From Cyclobacteriaceae bacterium (GTDB lineage Bacteria > Bacteroidota > Bacteroidia > Cytophagales > Cyclobacteriaceae), in assembly GCA_050289805.1 (NCBI GenBank), contig JBNKGL010000002.1, forward strand, positions 154,643 through 218,642: a stretch of DNA of 64,000 bases. Reading direction: 5' to 3'. The position numbers were made by a program, and so were the translations under genes. The notes under the pieces are model-generated. The model worked only from the letters and a program-made list of their open reading frames with translations, was not told the origin of the DNA and did no database searches. Positions within the stretch are counted from its first letter, which is position 1. The number at the start of each line of letters is the position of its first letter. Positions 29,460-39,314 of this stretch are shown here, piece after piece.

Positions 29460-30782
29460 ATGTGGCAAAAAATTGTTTCTAACTTCCAGATTGCAATGGA
29501 TGCGGTTTTGGCGAACAGAGTACGTTCGATCCTGACGGCATTGGGGATTATTTTTGGTGTCGCCGCTGTGATTTCAATGCTGGCCATTGGTAATGGTGCA
29601 CAGCAGGAAATCCTCGATCAGATCAAATTGGTGGGGGTTAATAATATTGTAATCACACCTGTGGTCGAGCAGTTTGAGGAGGTTGTAAGTGAAGAACAGC
29701 AAGCCCGGGCAGAAAAAAAGCGGTTTTCTTCGGGGCTCACATTACTGGACGTACGAAGCATGGAAGAGATTCTCGGTGATCAAATCAAATTTGTAAGCCC
29801 GGAAATTGTTGTAGATACCTATGTTTTGAGAGAAGGCTTACGCAGATCTGCCAAAATTGTGGGTGTTGAAAATTCATATTTTGACATATCACAGTTTGCC
29901 CTTACCGAAGGAAATTACTTTAACACGTTTCAGCTTGAAAAAGGGGAGTCGGTTTGTATCATCGGTTCTGCGATTCGCGCCAAGTTTTTTCCCCAGGAAG
30001 ACCCAATTGGAAAGCTGATCAAGGTAGGTCCGCACTGGCTCAAAGTGCAGGGCGTGCTTGAAGAGCGCTTTATTAGTGAAAAAAGTATTGAAAGTCTTGG
30101 TATCCGTGATTATAACCTGGATATCTATTCCCCTGTAAATACGGTTCTGCTTCGTTACAAGAACCGTGCGTTAATTACACAGGCAAATATTGAGAGTTCA
30201 AATGGTAACTCGCAGCAGGGTAATAATAATTATCACCAACTCGACAGGATTACGATTCAGGTGCATGAATCGGAGCAGCTCAACCCGGTGGCAGATGTAA
30301 CTTCGAGATTATTGGAAAGACGTCATAATGCATCGGTTGATTATGCGGTTAGTATTCCTGAACTCCTTCTGAAGCAGCAACAGCGTACCCGTGATATTTT
30401 CAATCTGGTACTTGGCGCGATCGCCGGGATATCCCTTGTGGTTGGAGGTATTGGCATTATGAATATCATGCTGGCTTCGGTTCTTGAAAGAATTAAGGAG
30501 ATTGGATTGCGTCTCGCGATTGGTGCAAAAAAGGCAGATATCATTTGGCAATTCCTGCTGGAAGCGGTAGTGATCAGTATTTCCGGTGGTGTACTGGGAG
30601 TGATTTTAGGAATTATTCTGGCGACTGTGGTCTCCAGTTTTGCGGAGATCCCAACAATCGTGTCCGTCTCATCTGTGATATTGTCCTTTGGTGTTGCAGC
30701 TTCCGTTGGTTTAATTTTCGGTATTGCACCGGCGCGTCGTGCAGCCAACCAAAACCCTATAGCCTCTTTACGATATGAATAA
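29460..30782 (+). CDS. MacB-type ABC transporter permease (FtsX domain, no ATPase domain)
   Basis: N-terminal TM segment, a ~250-aa periplasmic domain and a C-terminal FtsX 3-TM bundle (GIGIMNIMLASVLERIKEIGLRLAIGAKKADI). 440 aa. Confidence 0.85.
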   Translation: MWQKIVSNFQIAMDAVLANRVRSILTALGIIFGVAAVISMLAIGNGAQQEILDQIKLVGVNNIVITPVVEQFEEVVSEEQQARAEKKRFSSGLTLLDVRSMEEILGDQIKFVSPEIVVDTYVLREGLRRSAKIVGVENSYFDISQFALTEGNYFNTFQLEKGESVCIIGSAIRAKFFPQEDPIGKLIKVGPHWLKVQGVLEERFISEKSIESLGIRDYNLDIYSPVNTVLLRYKNRALITQANIESSNGNSQQGNNNYHQLDRITIQVHESEQLNPVADVTSRLLERRHNASVDYAVSIPELLLKQQQRTRDIFNLVLGAIAGISLVVGGIGIMNIMLASVLERIKEIGLRLAIGAKKADIIWQFLLEAVVISISGGVLGVILGIILATVVSSFAEIPTIVSVSSVILSFGVAASVGLIFGIAPARRAANQNPIASLRYE

Positions 30783-32262
30783 GAAATCTATCATTTCTTC
30801 ATTATTTGTAATCTTCATTTTAGCCACACCGTCCTTTGGACAGACCAGGTATTTTAATCTGGAGGAAATAATCGCGCGTGCCAAGGGACAGTCTCCTTCT
30901 GCCAAACAGGCCGAGACAAGAAGAGAAAACAGGTACTGGCAATACCGCCTTTACCGGTCTAATTATAATCCGCAGTTACGATTAAACGGACAGGCTCCCG
31001 ATTATAACCGTGACTTTTTCAGTAACCGGCAGGATGACGGAACCATTGTTTTCCAGGGACGTGAACAGATCAACTCATTCGTTAACCTTGGTATAGAGCA
31101 GCCTATCCCCTGGACGGGTGGTAATATTTCGGTAAACTCCAACCTGAGCCACTTCAAGGATCTAGAGCGGGATCTGACCCAGTTTAATACGACGCTTTTG
31201 AATGTCAGACTGGTGCAGCCTTTATTTGGGTTCAACTCATTAAAATGGGATAAAAGAACCGAACCACTTCGTTATGAAGAGTCAAGAAGGGAATATGTCG
31301 AAGAAATGGAATTCATTTCCAGGCAGGCGACACAGCGATTCTTTAGTTACCTGGACGCCCAGATAAATCTTCAGATTGCACAATTCAACCTGGCCAATAA
31401 TGATACAATTTACAAGATTGAGATGGGCCGGTATAATATTGGAACAACCTCGAAAGATAAACTTCTCCAGGTGGAACTCCAGCTGTTGAGATCACAGCAG
31501 GATGTTGCGCAAGCACGTCTCGACCTTGAAACGTCACGTCTTAGTTTGCAGACCTACATAGGTCTGAATGACAATGTGGATATTGAATTAATATTGCCGA
31601 CGGATATTCCCGAGTTTGATGTGACTTATCCGGAGGCATTAAAATATGCCCAGGAAAACCGGTCTGATTATCTTGCATTTGAACGGCGAAGGCTTGAGGC
31701 AGAACGTGAAGTCGCCCGTGCGCGATCCCAGCGATTTCAAACGGATTTGATCGCGTCCTACGGATTGAATAATGCGGGCACCCAGATCAATGGGCTTTAC
31801 GAGGATCCCAATAATCAGCAACGTGTAAATGTTGCATTCAATATTCCATTAATAGACTGGGGTAGAAATAAAGCAAGAATGCAGACCGCGCTGGCAAATA
31901 TGCGGCTGAATGAGTATGTCATATCGCAGGAAGAACAAAATTTTGACCAGGAAATTCTTACCCAGGTCAGACAATTTGAGGTGCTGCGTTCACAACTGGA
32001 GATCACAAAAAAATCCGACGAAGTAGCCCAGGAAAGGTATGAAGTGGCCCAGAATCGATACCTCATTGGAAAAATTGATATTACGAACCTTAATATCGCC
32101 CTTACTGAAAAAGACAATGCGAAGCGAAGCTATATCAATGCATTGCGTTCTTTCTGGACCGCTTATTTTGATCTGAGAAGACTTACACTTTTTGATTTCG
32201 TGGAAAACCAGCTGCTTTATGATCAGGATGAAGAGGTAGATGAAGACCAGTTCAAAAATTAA
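30775..32262 (+). CDS. TolC-family outer-membrane efflux protein
   Basis: Signal peptide and duplicated OEP-type coiled-coil repeats. 8-nt overlap with the permease gene. 495 aa. Confidence 0.85.
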   Translation: MNKKSIISSLFVIFILATPSFGQTRYFNLEEIIARAKGQSPSAKQAETRRENRYWQYRLYRSNYNPQLRLNGQAPDYNRDFFSNRQDDGTIVFQGREQINSFVNLGIEQPIPWTGGNISVNSNLSHFKDLERDLTQFNTTLLNVRLVQPLFGFNSLKWDKRTEPLRYEESRREYVEEMEFISRQATQRFFSYLDAQINLQIAQFNLANNDTIYKIEMGRYNIGTTSKDKLLQVELQLLRSQQDVAQARLDLETSRLSLQTYIGLNDNVDIELILPTDIPEFDVTYPEALKYAQENRSDYLAFERRRLEAEREVARARSQRFQTDLIASYGLNNAGTQINGLYEDPNNQQRVNVAFNIPLIDWGRNKARMQTALANMRLNEYVISQEEQNFDQEILTQVRQFEVLRSQLEITKKSDEVAQERYEVAQNRYLIGKIDITNLNIALTEKDNAKRSYINALRSFWTAYFDLRRLTLFDFVENQLLYDQDEEVDEDQFKN

Positions 32263-32365
32263 ACACAGCTTTTTTCATTTGAAATTGATTTTATAGAATT
32301 CCAGGAATCGTGGTAAGACACCTCAAACTGTTTTATTACGGAATATTTTTTTGCATCTTCCCCTC

Positions 32366-32764
32366 ATGAAAATATGGTTGGTGATATTGTTCCTGAGTAT
32401 GCCTCTTGCACTGGCAGCCCAGGATGAGGATCTGAAATTCGGTGATACCAATACAACGAATATGGATCCGACATATAAAACCAGGAAAAAATCCAAGAAG
32501 AAGCGCCCTGTTCAATGGATTAAAAATGACAGCGATGGCCTTCTGTTGGGTAACCGTTGCATGACTGATATCATTAGTGAAATGCAATTTGAATATGTGA
32601 TTCAGATAAAGGGTACGCCGGGTTACAGGAATGAGATAGGGAGACTTGCGCATAATTTTACGGCAAAAATTGGCATTATGTTCAGAAACGGACCTTTTTG
32701 GAAATTCCGTTTAAAAAAAGAGCGCAAGAAATGCCGTGAGCAAACAGGAGATTTTGTTGGTTGA
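32366..32764 (+). CDS. Hypothetical small secreted basic protein
   Basis: Signal peptide MKIWLVILFLSMPLALAAQ from the ATG at 32366 (the listed start 32351 is a TTG). Lys-rich patch KTRKKSKKKR. No family recognised. Confidence 0.5.
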   Translation: MKIWLVILFLSMPLALAAQDEDLKFGDTNTTNMDPTYKTRKKSKKKRPVQWIKNDSDGLLLGNRCMTDIISEMQFEYVIQIKGTPGYRNEIGRLAHNFTAKIGIMFRNGPFWKFRLKKERKKCREQTGDFVG

Positions 32765-32766
32765 TA

Positions 32767-34110
32767 TCAGATCCCGGTGTAATTGTATGGGCTGATGACG
32801 GACAACTCTTCTTTCAAATCTTCAGATACGTTTAGCTGGGCAATAAATTCATGGATCGTTTTACTGGTGATCTTTTCATTCCTGCGTGTAAGCTCTTTTA
32901 ATGCCTCATAGGGTTTGGGATATCCTTCCCTGCGCAGAATCGTTTGAATTGCCTCAGCTACTACCGCCCAGTTCTCTTCAAGGTCCTTTTCAATTTCAGC
33001 AACGTTAATTTCCAGCTTCGCCATACCCTTCTCCAGGGAACGTAACGCTATCAGGGTATGCCCAAGCGGCACACCGATATTTCTAAGAACAGTAGAATCA
33101 GTCAGGTCACGCTGTAATCTTGAAACAGGCAACTTCGCCGACAGATGCTCGAAAAGCGCGTTTGCAATTCCAAGGTTTCCTTCTGCATTCTCAAAGTCAA
33201 TTGGATTTACCTTGTGCGGCATGGCGGAAGATCCCACTTCTCCTTTGCGGATTTTCTGATTGAAGTAATGCATTGAAACATACTGCCATATATCTCTTGA
33301 AAAGTCAATAAGTATCGTATTTATTCTTTTCAAGGCATCGAACATTGCCGCCAGGTTATCGTAATGCTCAATCTGTGTGGTTGGATGACTTCTCTTCAGG
33401 CCAAGTGTTTCTTCAACAAAGTTATTGCCGAAGGTAAGCCAGTCTGTCGCCGGATACGCCACATGATGCGCATTGAAGTTACCGGTTGCCCCGCCAAACT
33501 TTGCTGAGAAGGGAACCGCCTTAAGCTGTGCGAGCTGTTCAGTCAAACGAACCACGAAAACGTCAAGTTCTTTTCCCATACGCGTGGGAGATGCAGGCTG
33601 ACCATGAGTCCTTGCCAGCATCGGGATATCTTTCCAATCCGCGGCCATTCCCCGGAGTGTTTCTATTTGTGTTTCAAGAATGGGCAGAACTACATTTTCC
33701 ATAGCCTCCTTGATCGACAGTGGAATTGCTGTATTGTTAATATCCTGGGAAGTCAGTCCGAAATGAATAAATTCCTTCTGATCCTCAAGACCCAGTACAT
33801 CGAATTTTTCCTTGATGAAATATTCAACCGCCTTCACGTCATGGTTTGTGGTCTTCTCGATTTCCTTGATGCGTTCGGCATCTGAAGCTGAAAATTTCAA
33901 ATAAATCTCGCGAAGTTCAGTATACAATGCGGGATCAACGGATGAAAGCTGTGGGATTCCGGCTTGACTCAATTCGATGAAATATTCTATTTCAACCAGT
34001 ATTCGGTATCGGATAAGTCCGAATTCTGAAAAGTATTCAATCAGGTCGGCTGTCTGTTTTCTGTATCTTCCGTCGATAGGTGAGATAGCGGTTAACGCGG
34101 CGTTGTTCAT
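32767..34110 (-). CDS. purB: Adenylosuccinate lyase
   Basis: Fumarate-lyase signature SSAMPHKVNPIDFEN and N-terminus LTAISPIDGRYR. The ATG at 34110 is preferred (TAnnTTTG box at 34129-34136 on the minus strand). The listed start 34140 is a TTG. Confidence 0.95.
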   Translation of the reverse strand: MNNAALTAISPIDGRYRKQTADLIEYFSEFGLIRYRILVEIEYFIELSQAGIPQLSSVDPALYTELREIYLKFSASDAERIKEIEKTTNHDVKAVEYFIKEKFDVLGLEDQKEFIHFGLTSQDINNTAIPLSIKEAMENVVLPILETQIETLRGMAADWKDIPMLARTHGQPASPTRMGKELDVFVVRLTEQLAQLKAVPFSAKFGGATGNFNAHHVAYPATDWLTFGNNFVEETLGLKRSHPTTQIEHYDNLAAMFDALKRINTILIDFSRDIWQYVSMHYFNQKIRKGEVGSSAMPHKVNPIDFENAEGNLGIANALFEHLSAKLPVSRLQRDLTDSTVLRNIGVPLGHTLIALRSLEKGMAKLEINVAEIEKDLEENWAVVAEAIQTILRREGYPKPYEALKELTRRNEKITSKTIHEFIAQLNVSEDLKEELSVISPYNYTGI

Positions 34111-34128
34111 AATTTCAAGGATAAGTTG

Positions 34129-34136
34129 CAAAAATA
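34129..34136 (-). promoter_or_regulatory. -7 box (TAnnTTTG) for purB
   Basis: The minus strand reads TATTTTTG, 18 nt upstream of the ATG at 34110. Confidence 0.4.
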
Positions 34137-34237
34137 CCAAAATAGAGCAGACCGAACGATTAATTCGGAGGTTAAAAGTATATAGAATCCACCCGCCAAA
34201 ATTGACCGGAACATTGAACGGATAAGTGAATACTTGC

Positions 34238-34245
34238 TACCTTTG
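34238..34245 (+). promoter_or_regulatory. -7 box (TAnnTTTG), candidate promoter of the ferredoxin-reductase/M3 peptidase operon with a long leader
   Basis: Exact TACCTTTG. The next plus-strand start codon is 144 nt downstream (34390). Confidence 0.3.
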
Positions 34246-34389
34246 TGGAGCATGAGAATAGAGCAGGTACATTTACAGATGATGAATAGTGAACCTGTAT
34301 GCAGTTAAATTGTTCTTTTATGAGATAAGGTGATACGATCCACCGGGTATTGTATCAGCCGTTAATTAATACCGGTAAAAAAATGAGCT

Positions 34390-35505
34390 ATGGCGTTTAA
34401 CTTTTTTAAGAAAAAAACAGAAAAAAAGGAAGAGAATAAGGGCGGTAAATATCGTGAACTTCAGGTAAAGGAAATTATTCATGAAACGAAGGATGCCATA
34501 TCCATTGTGTTTGAAAAAGCAGAAGGACTTTCCTATAAATCAGGTCAGTTTCTTACCCTCATTCTTGATATCGGAGGAAAAGAGGTGCGCAGGGCATATT
34601 CGTTGTGCTCTTCACCGGGTACGGATGAACATATGGCCGTGACGGTAAAACGAGTTGACAATGGATTGGTTTCTAATTGGTTGAATGATAATCTCAAAGC
34701 AGGTGATTCAATCCGGATCATGTCACCTATGGGGTCTTTCACCACTGAATATGATTCTGCCAACAAACGACATTTGATTCTGTTTGCAGGCGGGAGCGGT
34801 ATTACACCGATGATGTCAATCATCAAATCCATGCTTAAACTTGAGCCAGACAGTATCACTTCACTCATTTACTGTAACAGAAATATCGACAGCATTATTT
34901 TTAAAGACCAGCTGGAGAAAATGCAGACTGACAATCAGGGGCGATTACGGGTCATCCATATTCTTGATGACGCACCGATGAACTGGCAGGGGCACTCTGG
35001 CTTGCTTAATCATGATATGCTTGTCAAAATTTTCGAACGTCTGCCCGATTGGGGAATTGAACATACCACGTACCTGATGTGCGGACCTGAAGGAATGATG
35101 AAGAATGTTCAGAACCTGCTGAAGGAACATGACATTCCGGATGAAAATATTTTCAAGGAAAGCTTTGTGACGGGGACAATTGATAAGGAATTGAAAACTC
35201 CCGAATCTGAAGGTGCTTCGGATGCGTTGCAGGAGCGTGAAGTCACTGTTATTTATGATGGTGAAGAACACAAATTCAATGTAAAACCTGGTGACACAAT
35301 TCTGGAGACAGCTCTTGACCTGGGTATTGACTTGCCCTATTCATGTCAGAGCGGATTATGTACCGCCTGCCGGGGAAAATGCAAATCCGGAAAGGTTAAA
35401 CTTGATGAAGAGGAAGGACTCTCAGAGTCGGAGTTGGCAGAGGGTTATGTGCTCACCTGTGTGGGACACCCGCTTACGGATGATGTTATAATAGAGATCG
35501 GATAG
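34390..35505 (+). CDS. Ferredoxin-NAD(P) reductase with a C-terminal plant-type 2Fe-2S domain (PaaK/phthalate-dioxygenase-reductase-like)
   Basis: FAD motif RAYSLCS, NAD motif GGSGITPMMS and 2Fe-2S cysteines CQSGLCTACRGKC...LTCV. Lys-rich N-terminal tail. Confidence 0.85.
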   Translation: MAFNFFKKKTEKKEENKGGKYRELQVKEIIHETKDAISIVFEKAEGLSYKSGQFLTLILDIGGKEVRRAYSLCSSPGTDEHMAVTVKRVDNGLVSNWLNDNLKAGDSIRIMSPMGSFTTEYDSANKRHLILFAGGSGITPMMSIIKSMLKLEPDSITSLIYCNRNIDSIIFKDQLEKMQTDNQGRLRVIHILDDAPMNWQGHSGLLNHDMLVKIFERLPDWGIEHTTYLMCGPEGMMKNVQNLLKEHDIPDENIFKESFVTGTIDKELKTPESEGASDALQEREVTVIYDGEEHKFNVKPGDTILETALDLGIDLPYSCQSGLCTACRGKCKSGKVKLDEEEGLSESELAEGYVLTCVGHPLTDDVIIEIG

Positions 35506-35508
35506 AAA

Positions 35509-37236
35509 ATGAGTGAACAAACAGTACAGATACCCGCCAGGCCGGAGAGAAAATTTTTACCCGAAGATTTCAAAATCACCACCTGGGAAGAACTGAAACC
35601 TTATTTCGATGAATTACTCAATCGGGAAATTTCAAATACGTCTGAATTAAGATCCTGGCTTCAGGACAGAAGTGAACTCGAATCTGTGCTATCGGAGGAT
35701 GCCGGATGGCGTTACATTCGAATGACGCGGTTTACCGATAATGAAGAGTACAATAAAGCCTACATGGATTTTGTCCAGAATATTCAACCCCATGTTGCGC
35801 CATATTCCGATAAGCTTAACAGAAAAGTTGTAGAGAACCCTTTTGTTTCAGAGATCGAAAATGAGCACGGGTTTGATATTATGTTACGGGAAATCCGGAA
35901 GGATATTGAAATTTTCCGTGAAGAAAATATACCGTTATTCACTAAAATCCAAACACTTACACAGCAATACGGACAAATATCCGGTGCTATGACTGTGGAT
36001 GTGGATGGCAAGGAGTTAACCCTTCAGCAGGCCGGGGTATTGTTGCAGGAAACCGACAGGGATCTCAGGGAGCGGATTTATTATAAAATTGCGGAACGAA
36101 GACTTAAGGATAAGGAAAAGCTGGATGATTTGTATAATCAGCTTATAACACTGCGTACACAGGTTGCGAAAAACGCCGGCTTTGAAAACTTCAGGGATTA
36201 CATGTTCAGGGCGATGGGGCGCTTCGATTATTCTCCCAGAGATTGCTTTGACTTTCATGATTCCGTCCGGGTAGAAATTGTTCCCATGCTGAATGCGCTA
36301 GCCGGTGAACGCCGCAATAAACTGGCCGTAGAATACCTGAAACCATGGGATAAGGCCGTTGATCCTGACAATCTGCCGGCATTAAAGCCATTCAGGGATA
36401 GTCAGGAACTCACAGCAAAAACCATTGAGGCATTTACAAACCTGGACCCGTTCCTCGGGGAGTGCCTTCAGATAATGCGTGAGATGGGGCATCTTGACCT
36501 TGAATCAAGGAAAGGAAAAGCGCCGGGTGGTTATAATTATCCGTTATCGGAGATCGGCGTTCCCTTTATTTTCATGAATGCCACCTCAACCCTGAGAGAT
36601 CTTGTTACGCTACTTCATGAAGGCGGCCATGCAGTTCATTCATTCCTGACGCGTGACCTGGAATTAACAGATTTTAAACATACACCATCTGAAGTGGCTG
36701 AGCTGGCATCCATGAGTATGGAGTTGATCAGTATGGATCAGTGGCACCTTTTCTTTCCGGATGAGAATGATTTGAAGCGGGCGAAAAGGGAGCACCTGGA
36801 ACAGATCATAGAAACGTTGCCATGGGTAGCGACAATTGATAAATTTCAGCATTGGATCTATGAACATCCGGATCACAGTGTGCAGGAACGAACTGATGCC
36901 TGGAATGCCATATTTGCTGATTTCTCGGATAATGTAACTGACTGGGACGGACAGGAAAGATTCAGGGACAATTTATGGCAAAAGCAGCTTCACTTGTATG
37001 AAGTTCCGTTTTACTATATTGAATATGGGATGGCTCAACTGGGCGCTGTGGCAGTTTGGAAAAATTATCGTGAAGACCCTGCAAAAGGCCTTGAGGGTTA
37101 TATGAATGCTCTGAAATTGGGCTATACCCGATCTATTCCGGAGGTATATGCTGCTGCGGATATTCGCTTCGATTTCAGCAGGGGGTATATCAGTGAGTTG
37201 ATGAATTTCGTAAGGGAAGAGCTGGATAAACTTTAA
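35509..37236 (+). CDS. M3-family oligoendopeptidase (PepF-like)
   Basis: Zinc motif HEGGHAVH. 575 aa. 3 nt after the upstream stop. Confidence 0.85.
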   Translation: MSEQTVQIPARPERKFLPEDFKITTWEELKPYFDELLNREISNTSELRSWLQDRSELESVLSEDAGWRYIRMTRFTDNEEYNKAYMDFVQNIQPHVAPYSDKLNRKVVENPFVSEIENEHGFDIMLREIRKDIEIFREENIPLFTKIQTLTQQYGQISGAMTVDVDGKELTLQQAGVLLQETDRDLRERIYYKIAERRLKDKEKLDDLYNQLITLRTQVAKNAGFENFRDYMFRAMGRFDYSPRDCFDFHDSVRVEIVPMLNALAGERRNKLAVEYLKPWDKAVDPDNLPALKPFRDSQELTAKTIEAFTNLDPFLGECLQIMREMGHLDLESRKGKAPGGYNYPLSEIGVPFIFMNATSTLRDLVTLLHEGGHAVHSFLTRDLELTDFKHTPSEVAELASMSMELISMDQWHLFFPDENDLKRAKREHLEQIIETLPWVATIDKFQHWIYEHPDHSVQERTDAWNAIFADFSDNVTDWDGQERFRDNLWQKQLHLYEVPFYYIEYGMAQLGAVAVWKNYREDPAKGLEGYMNALKLGYTRSIPEVYAAADIRFDFSRGYISELMNFVREELDKL

Positions 37237-37724
37237 TTCGGTATCGTTTCCTCAAAAATTATGTCATAATCGGCGTAGTCGCTGGCGGCCCTAAGGTTGG
37301 CTTTTATTTTCCAAAATCCTGGTGAAGTCAATTCTCCTGAAATTGTTCCGGAGGTTACGGGATGATAGCCGGCATCTCCGCAATAGCAAAACCTTCCGAA
37401 AAGTACGGATGCATTTGTGAGTTCCTGATCTTCGAAAAAGAAAGAATCGGCATTGCCGGGGACCTGGAAAACAAGGATTTCGGTAAGCTCGTCATCAATT
37501 ATTTCCTTGTCATCGTCGTAGTGATGGGTGCGACGGAAGACTAGATTATCCCCATCAATGATATCAATAAATAACCCATCGAAAGTTTGTGCCTTTATTT
37601 CGATGGAAGAATTGGGAAAAATCTCAGTGCTGCATGTACCGTCGGGACAGAACGGGGAACTATCATCGTCGTTGCATCCCATGGCAAGAAAAACCAAGAG
37701 GCATATGAAATTGCGCATCTTCAT
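37233..37724 (-). CDS. Hypothetical lipoprotein
   Basis: Lipobox LVFLAMGCNDDD. 163 aa. No family recognised. Confidence 0.55.
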   Translation of the reverse strand: MKMRNFICLLVFLAMGCNDDDSSPFCPDGTCSTEIFPNSSIEIKAQTFDGLFIDIIDGDNLVFRRTHHYDDDKEIIDDELTEILVFQVPGNADSFFFEDQELTNASVLFGRFCYCGDAGYHPVTSGTISGELTSPGFWKIKANLRAASDYADYDIIFEETIPN

Positions 37725-37767
37725 TATTTTTTATTGTCAGACCCGCAATCAATATAAATGGTTGAAA

Positions 37768-39171
37768 TTATTCGCTGTATCCGAGTAATTTCAGCATGCC
37801 ATCGCTTTGTTGTTCGGCAGCAAATAATTTTGTGGTGATCTTGCCATTCTTGTCCTTGTCTACCAATACATGCTTTGGAGCCGGGATGAGGCAGTGCTGA
37901 ATTCCGCCGTAACCACCCAGTGATTCCTGGTATGCGCCTGTATGAAAGAAGCCAATGTATAGTTTATCCTTCGGATTTTTCGAATCCATCATGGGGAGGA
38001 AGACTTCACTGCTGTGGGATTCAGAATTATAGTAATCCTGACTGTCACAGGTGAGACCGCCAAGGTTCACCTTATGATACATGTCATCCCATTTATTAAC
38101 TGCCAGCATGATGTATTTCTGGCTTAATCCCCAAACGTCAGGAAGATGAGTAATAAAGGAACCATCAATCATATACCAGAGTTCCTTATCATTCTGCAGT
38201 TTCTGGTCCATAATCGAATAAAGTGCAGCACCGCTTTCTCCTACGGTGAAGCTTCCGAATTCCGTGAATATATTGGGAACCGGAACATTATTTTTGCCGC
38301 ATATCCATTTTACATTTTCCACGATCTGTTCGGCCATATATTTATAGTCGAATTCAAATTGCATGGATGTTTTAATGGGAAACCCTCCGCCGATGTCGAT
38401 GGTGTCCAGTTCAGGGCATTCTTTCTTCAATTCGCAATATTTGAAGATGAACCTGCTGAGTTCACTCCAGTAATAGGCAGTGTCGCGTATCCCCGTATTA
38501 ATGAAGAAGTGCAGCAGTTTTAGTTTTGCCTTTTTACTGGGTTTGATTTGCTCCCTGTACAATGTATTCACATCACTGTAGCGGATGCCGAGCCGTGAGG
38601 TATAGAATTCAAAATTTGGCTCTTCGTCTGCCGCGATGCGGATTCCTACCTTATACGATTTTTTCACATGTTCTTCATAATGACTCAACTCATTGAGATT
38701 ATCAAGGACGGGAATGGTATTCTTGAATCCATCATTCAGTAGATCGCTGATATACTCCCGGTATAACGGGCGTTTGAATCCGTTACAAACTATGGAGAGA
38801 TCCTTATCAATTTTACCCGCCTCATGCAATTTGCGGATGATAGGAATGTCGTATGAAGAGGATGTTTCGATATGGGCGCCATGCTTTAGCGCTTCTTCCA
38901 GTACAAAACTGAAGTGCGAAGATTTTGTGCAATAGCAATATGTATAGGATCCGCCATAATTATGCTTTTTTATGGCATTATTAAATATCCTGCGCGCGTA
39001 TTTTATGTTTTCGCCAATTTTAGGCAGATAGGTGAGTTTTAGTGGTGTCCCATACTTTTCAATGATCGGCATCAGGGGCACTTCATTGAAAAGCAATTCA
39101 TTGTTTTCTACCCTGAATTCCTCCTGAGGAAACTCAAAGGTTTGTTCGATGAGGTCAATATATTTTTTCAC
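37768..39171 (-). CDS. speA: Biosynthetic arginine decarboxylase (short type III PLP form)
   Basis: Motifs IDIGGGFP, GGLTCDSQDYY and FHTGAYQESLGGYGGIQHCL resemble SpeA. 467 aa. The start codon is GTG (no in-frame ATG upstream). Confidence 0.85.
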   Translation of the reverse strand: MKKYIDLIEQTFEFPQEEFRVENNELLFNEVPLMPIIEKYGTPLKLTYLPKIGENIKYARRIFNNAIKKHNYGGSYTYCYCTKSSHFSFVLEEALKHGAHIETSSSYDIPIIRKLHEAGKIDKDLSIVCNGFKRPLYREYISDLLNDGFKNTIPVLDNLNELSHYEEHVKKSYKVGIRIAADEEPNFEFYTSRLGIRYSDVNTLYREQIKPSKKAKLKLLHFFINTGIRDTAYYWSELSRFIFKYCELKKECPELDTIDIGGGFPIKTSMQFEFDYKYMAEQIVENVKWICGKNNVPVPNIFTEFGSFTVGESGAALYSIMDQKLQNDKELWYMIDGSFITHLPDVWGLSQKYIMLAVNKWDDMYHKVNLGGLTCDSQDYYNSESHSSEVFLPMMDSKNPKDKLYIGFFHTGAYQESLGGYGGIQHCLIPAPKHVLVDKDKNGKITTKLFAAEQQSDGMLKLLGYSE

Positions 39172-39286
39172 CTATACATTTAAGTTTAATCGTTTGTGCA
39201 ATTGTACGCATAATATCAGATAAGATAAAAGGAATAAAACCTATATCGAAATCAGTGCGCTGCTTTTTAATGAGCATTGCCCTCCT

Positions 39287-39294
39287 TACCTTTG
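39287..39294 (+). promoter_or_regulatory. -7 box (TAnnTTTG) for the pentein/DHS-like/argS operon
   Basis: Exact TACCTTTG, 20 nt upstream of the ATG at 39315, in the divergent gap shared with speA. Confidence 0.4.
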
Positions 39295-39314
39295 CTGCCT
39301 ATCAGGAGCAAGGT

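Noticed and set aside
39172-39314. A possible ArgR-type ARG box (TGCAATTGTACGCA) lies in the speA / pentein divergent promoter region.
   Set aside because: It matches only about 9 of 14 positions of the TGAATwwwwATTCA consensus and is a poor palindrome. There is no second tandem box, and no argR is visible in the window.
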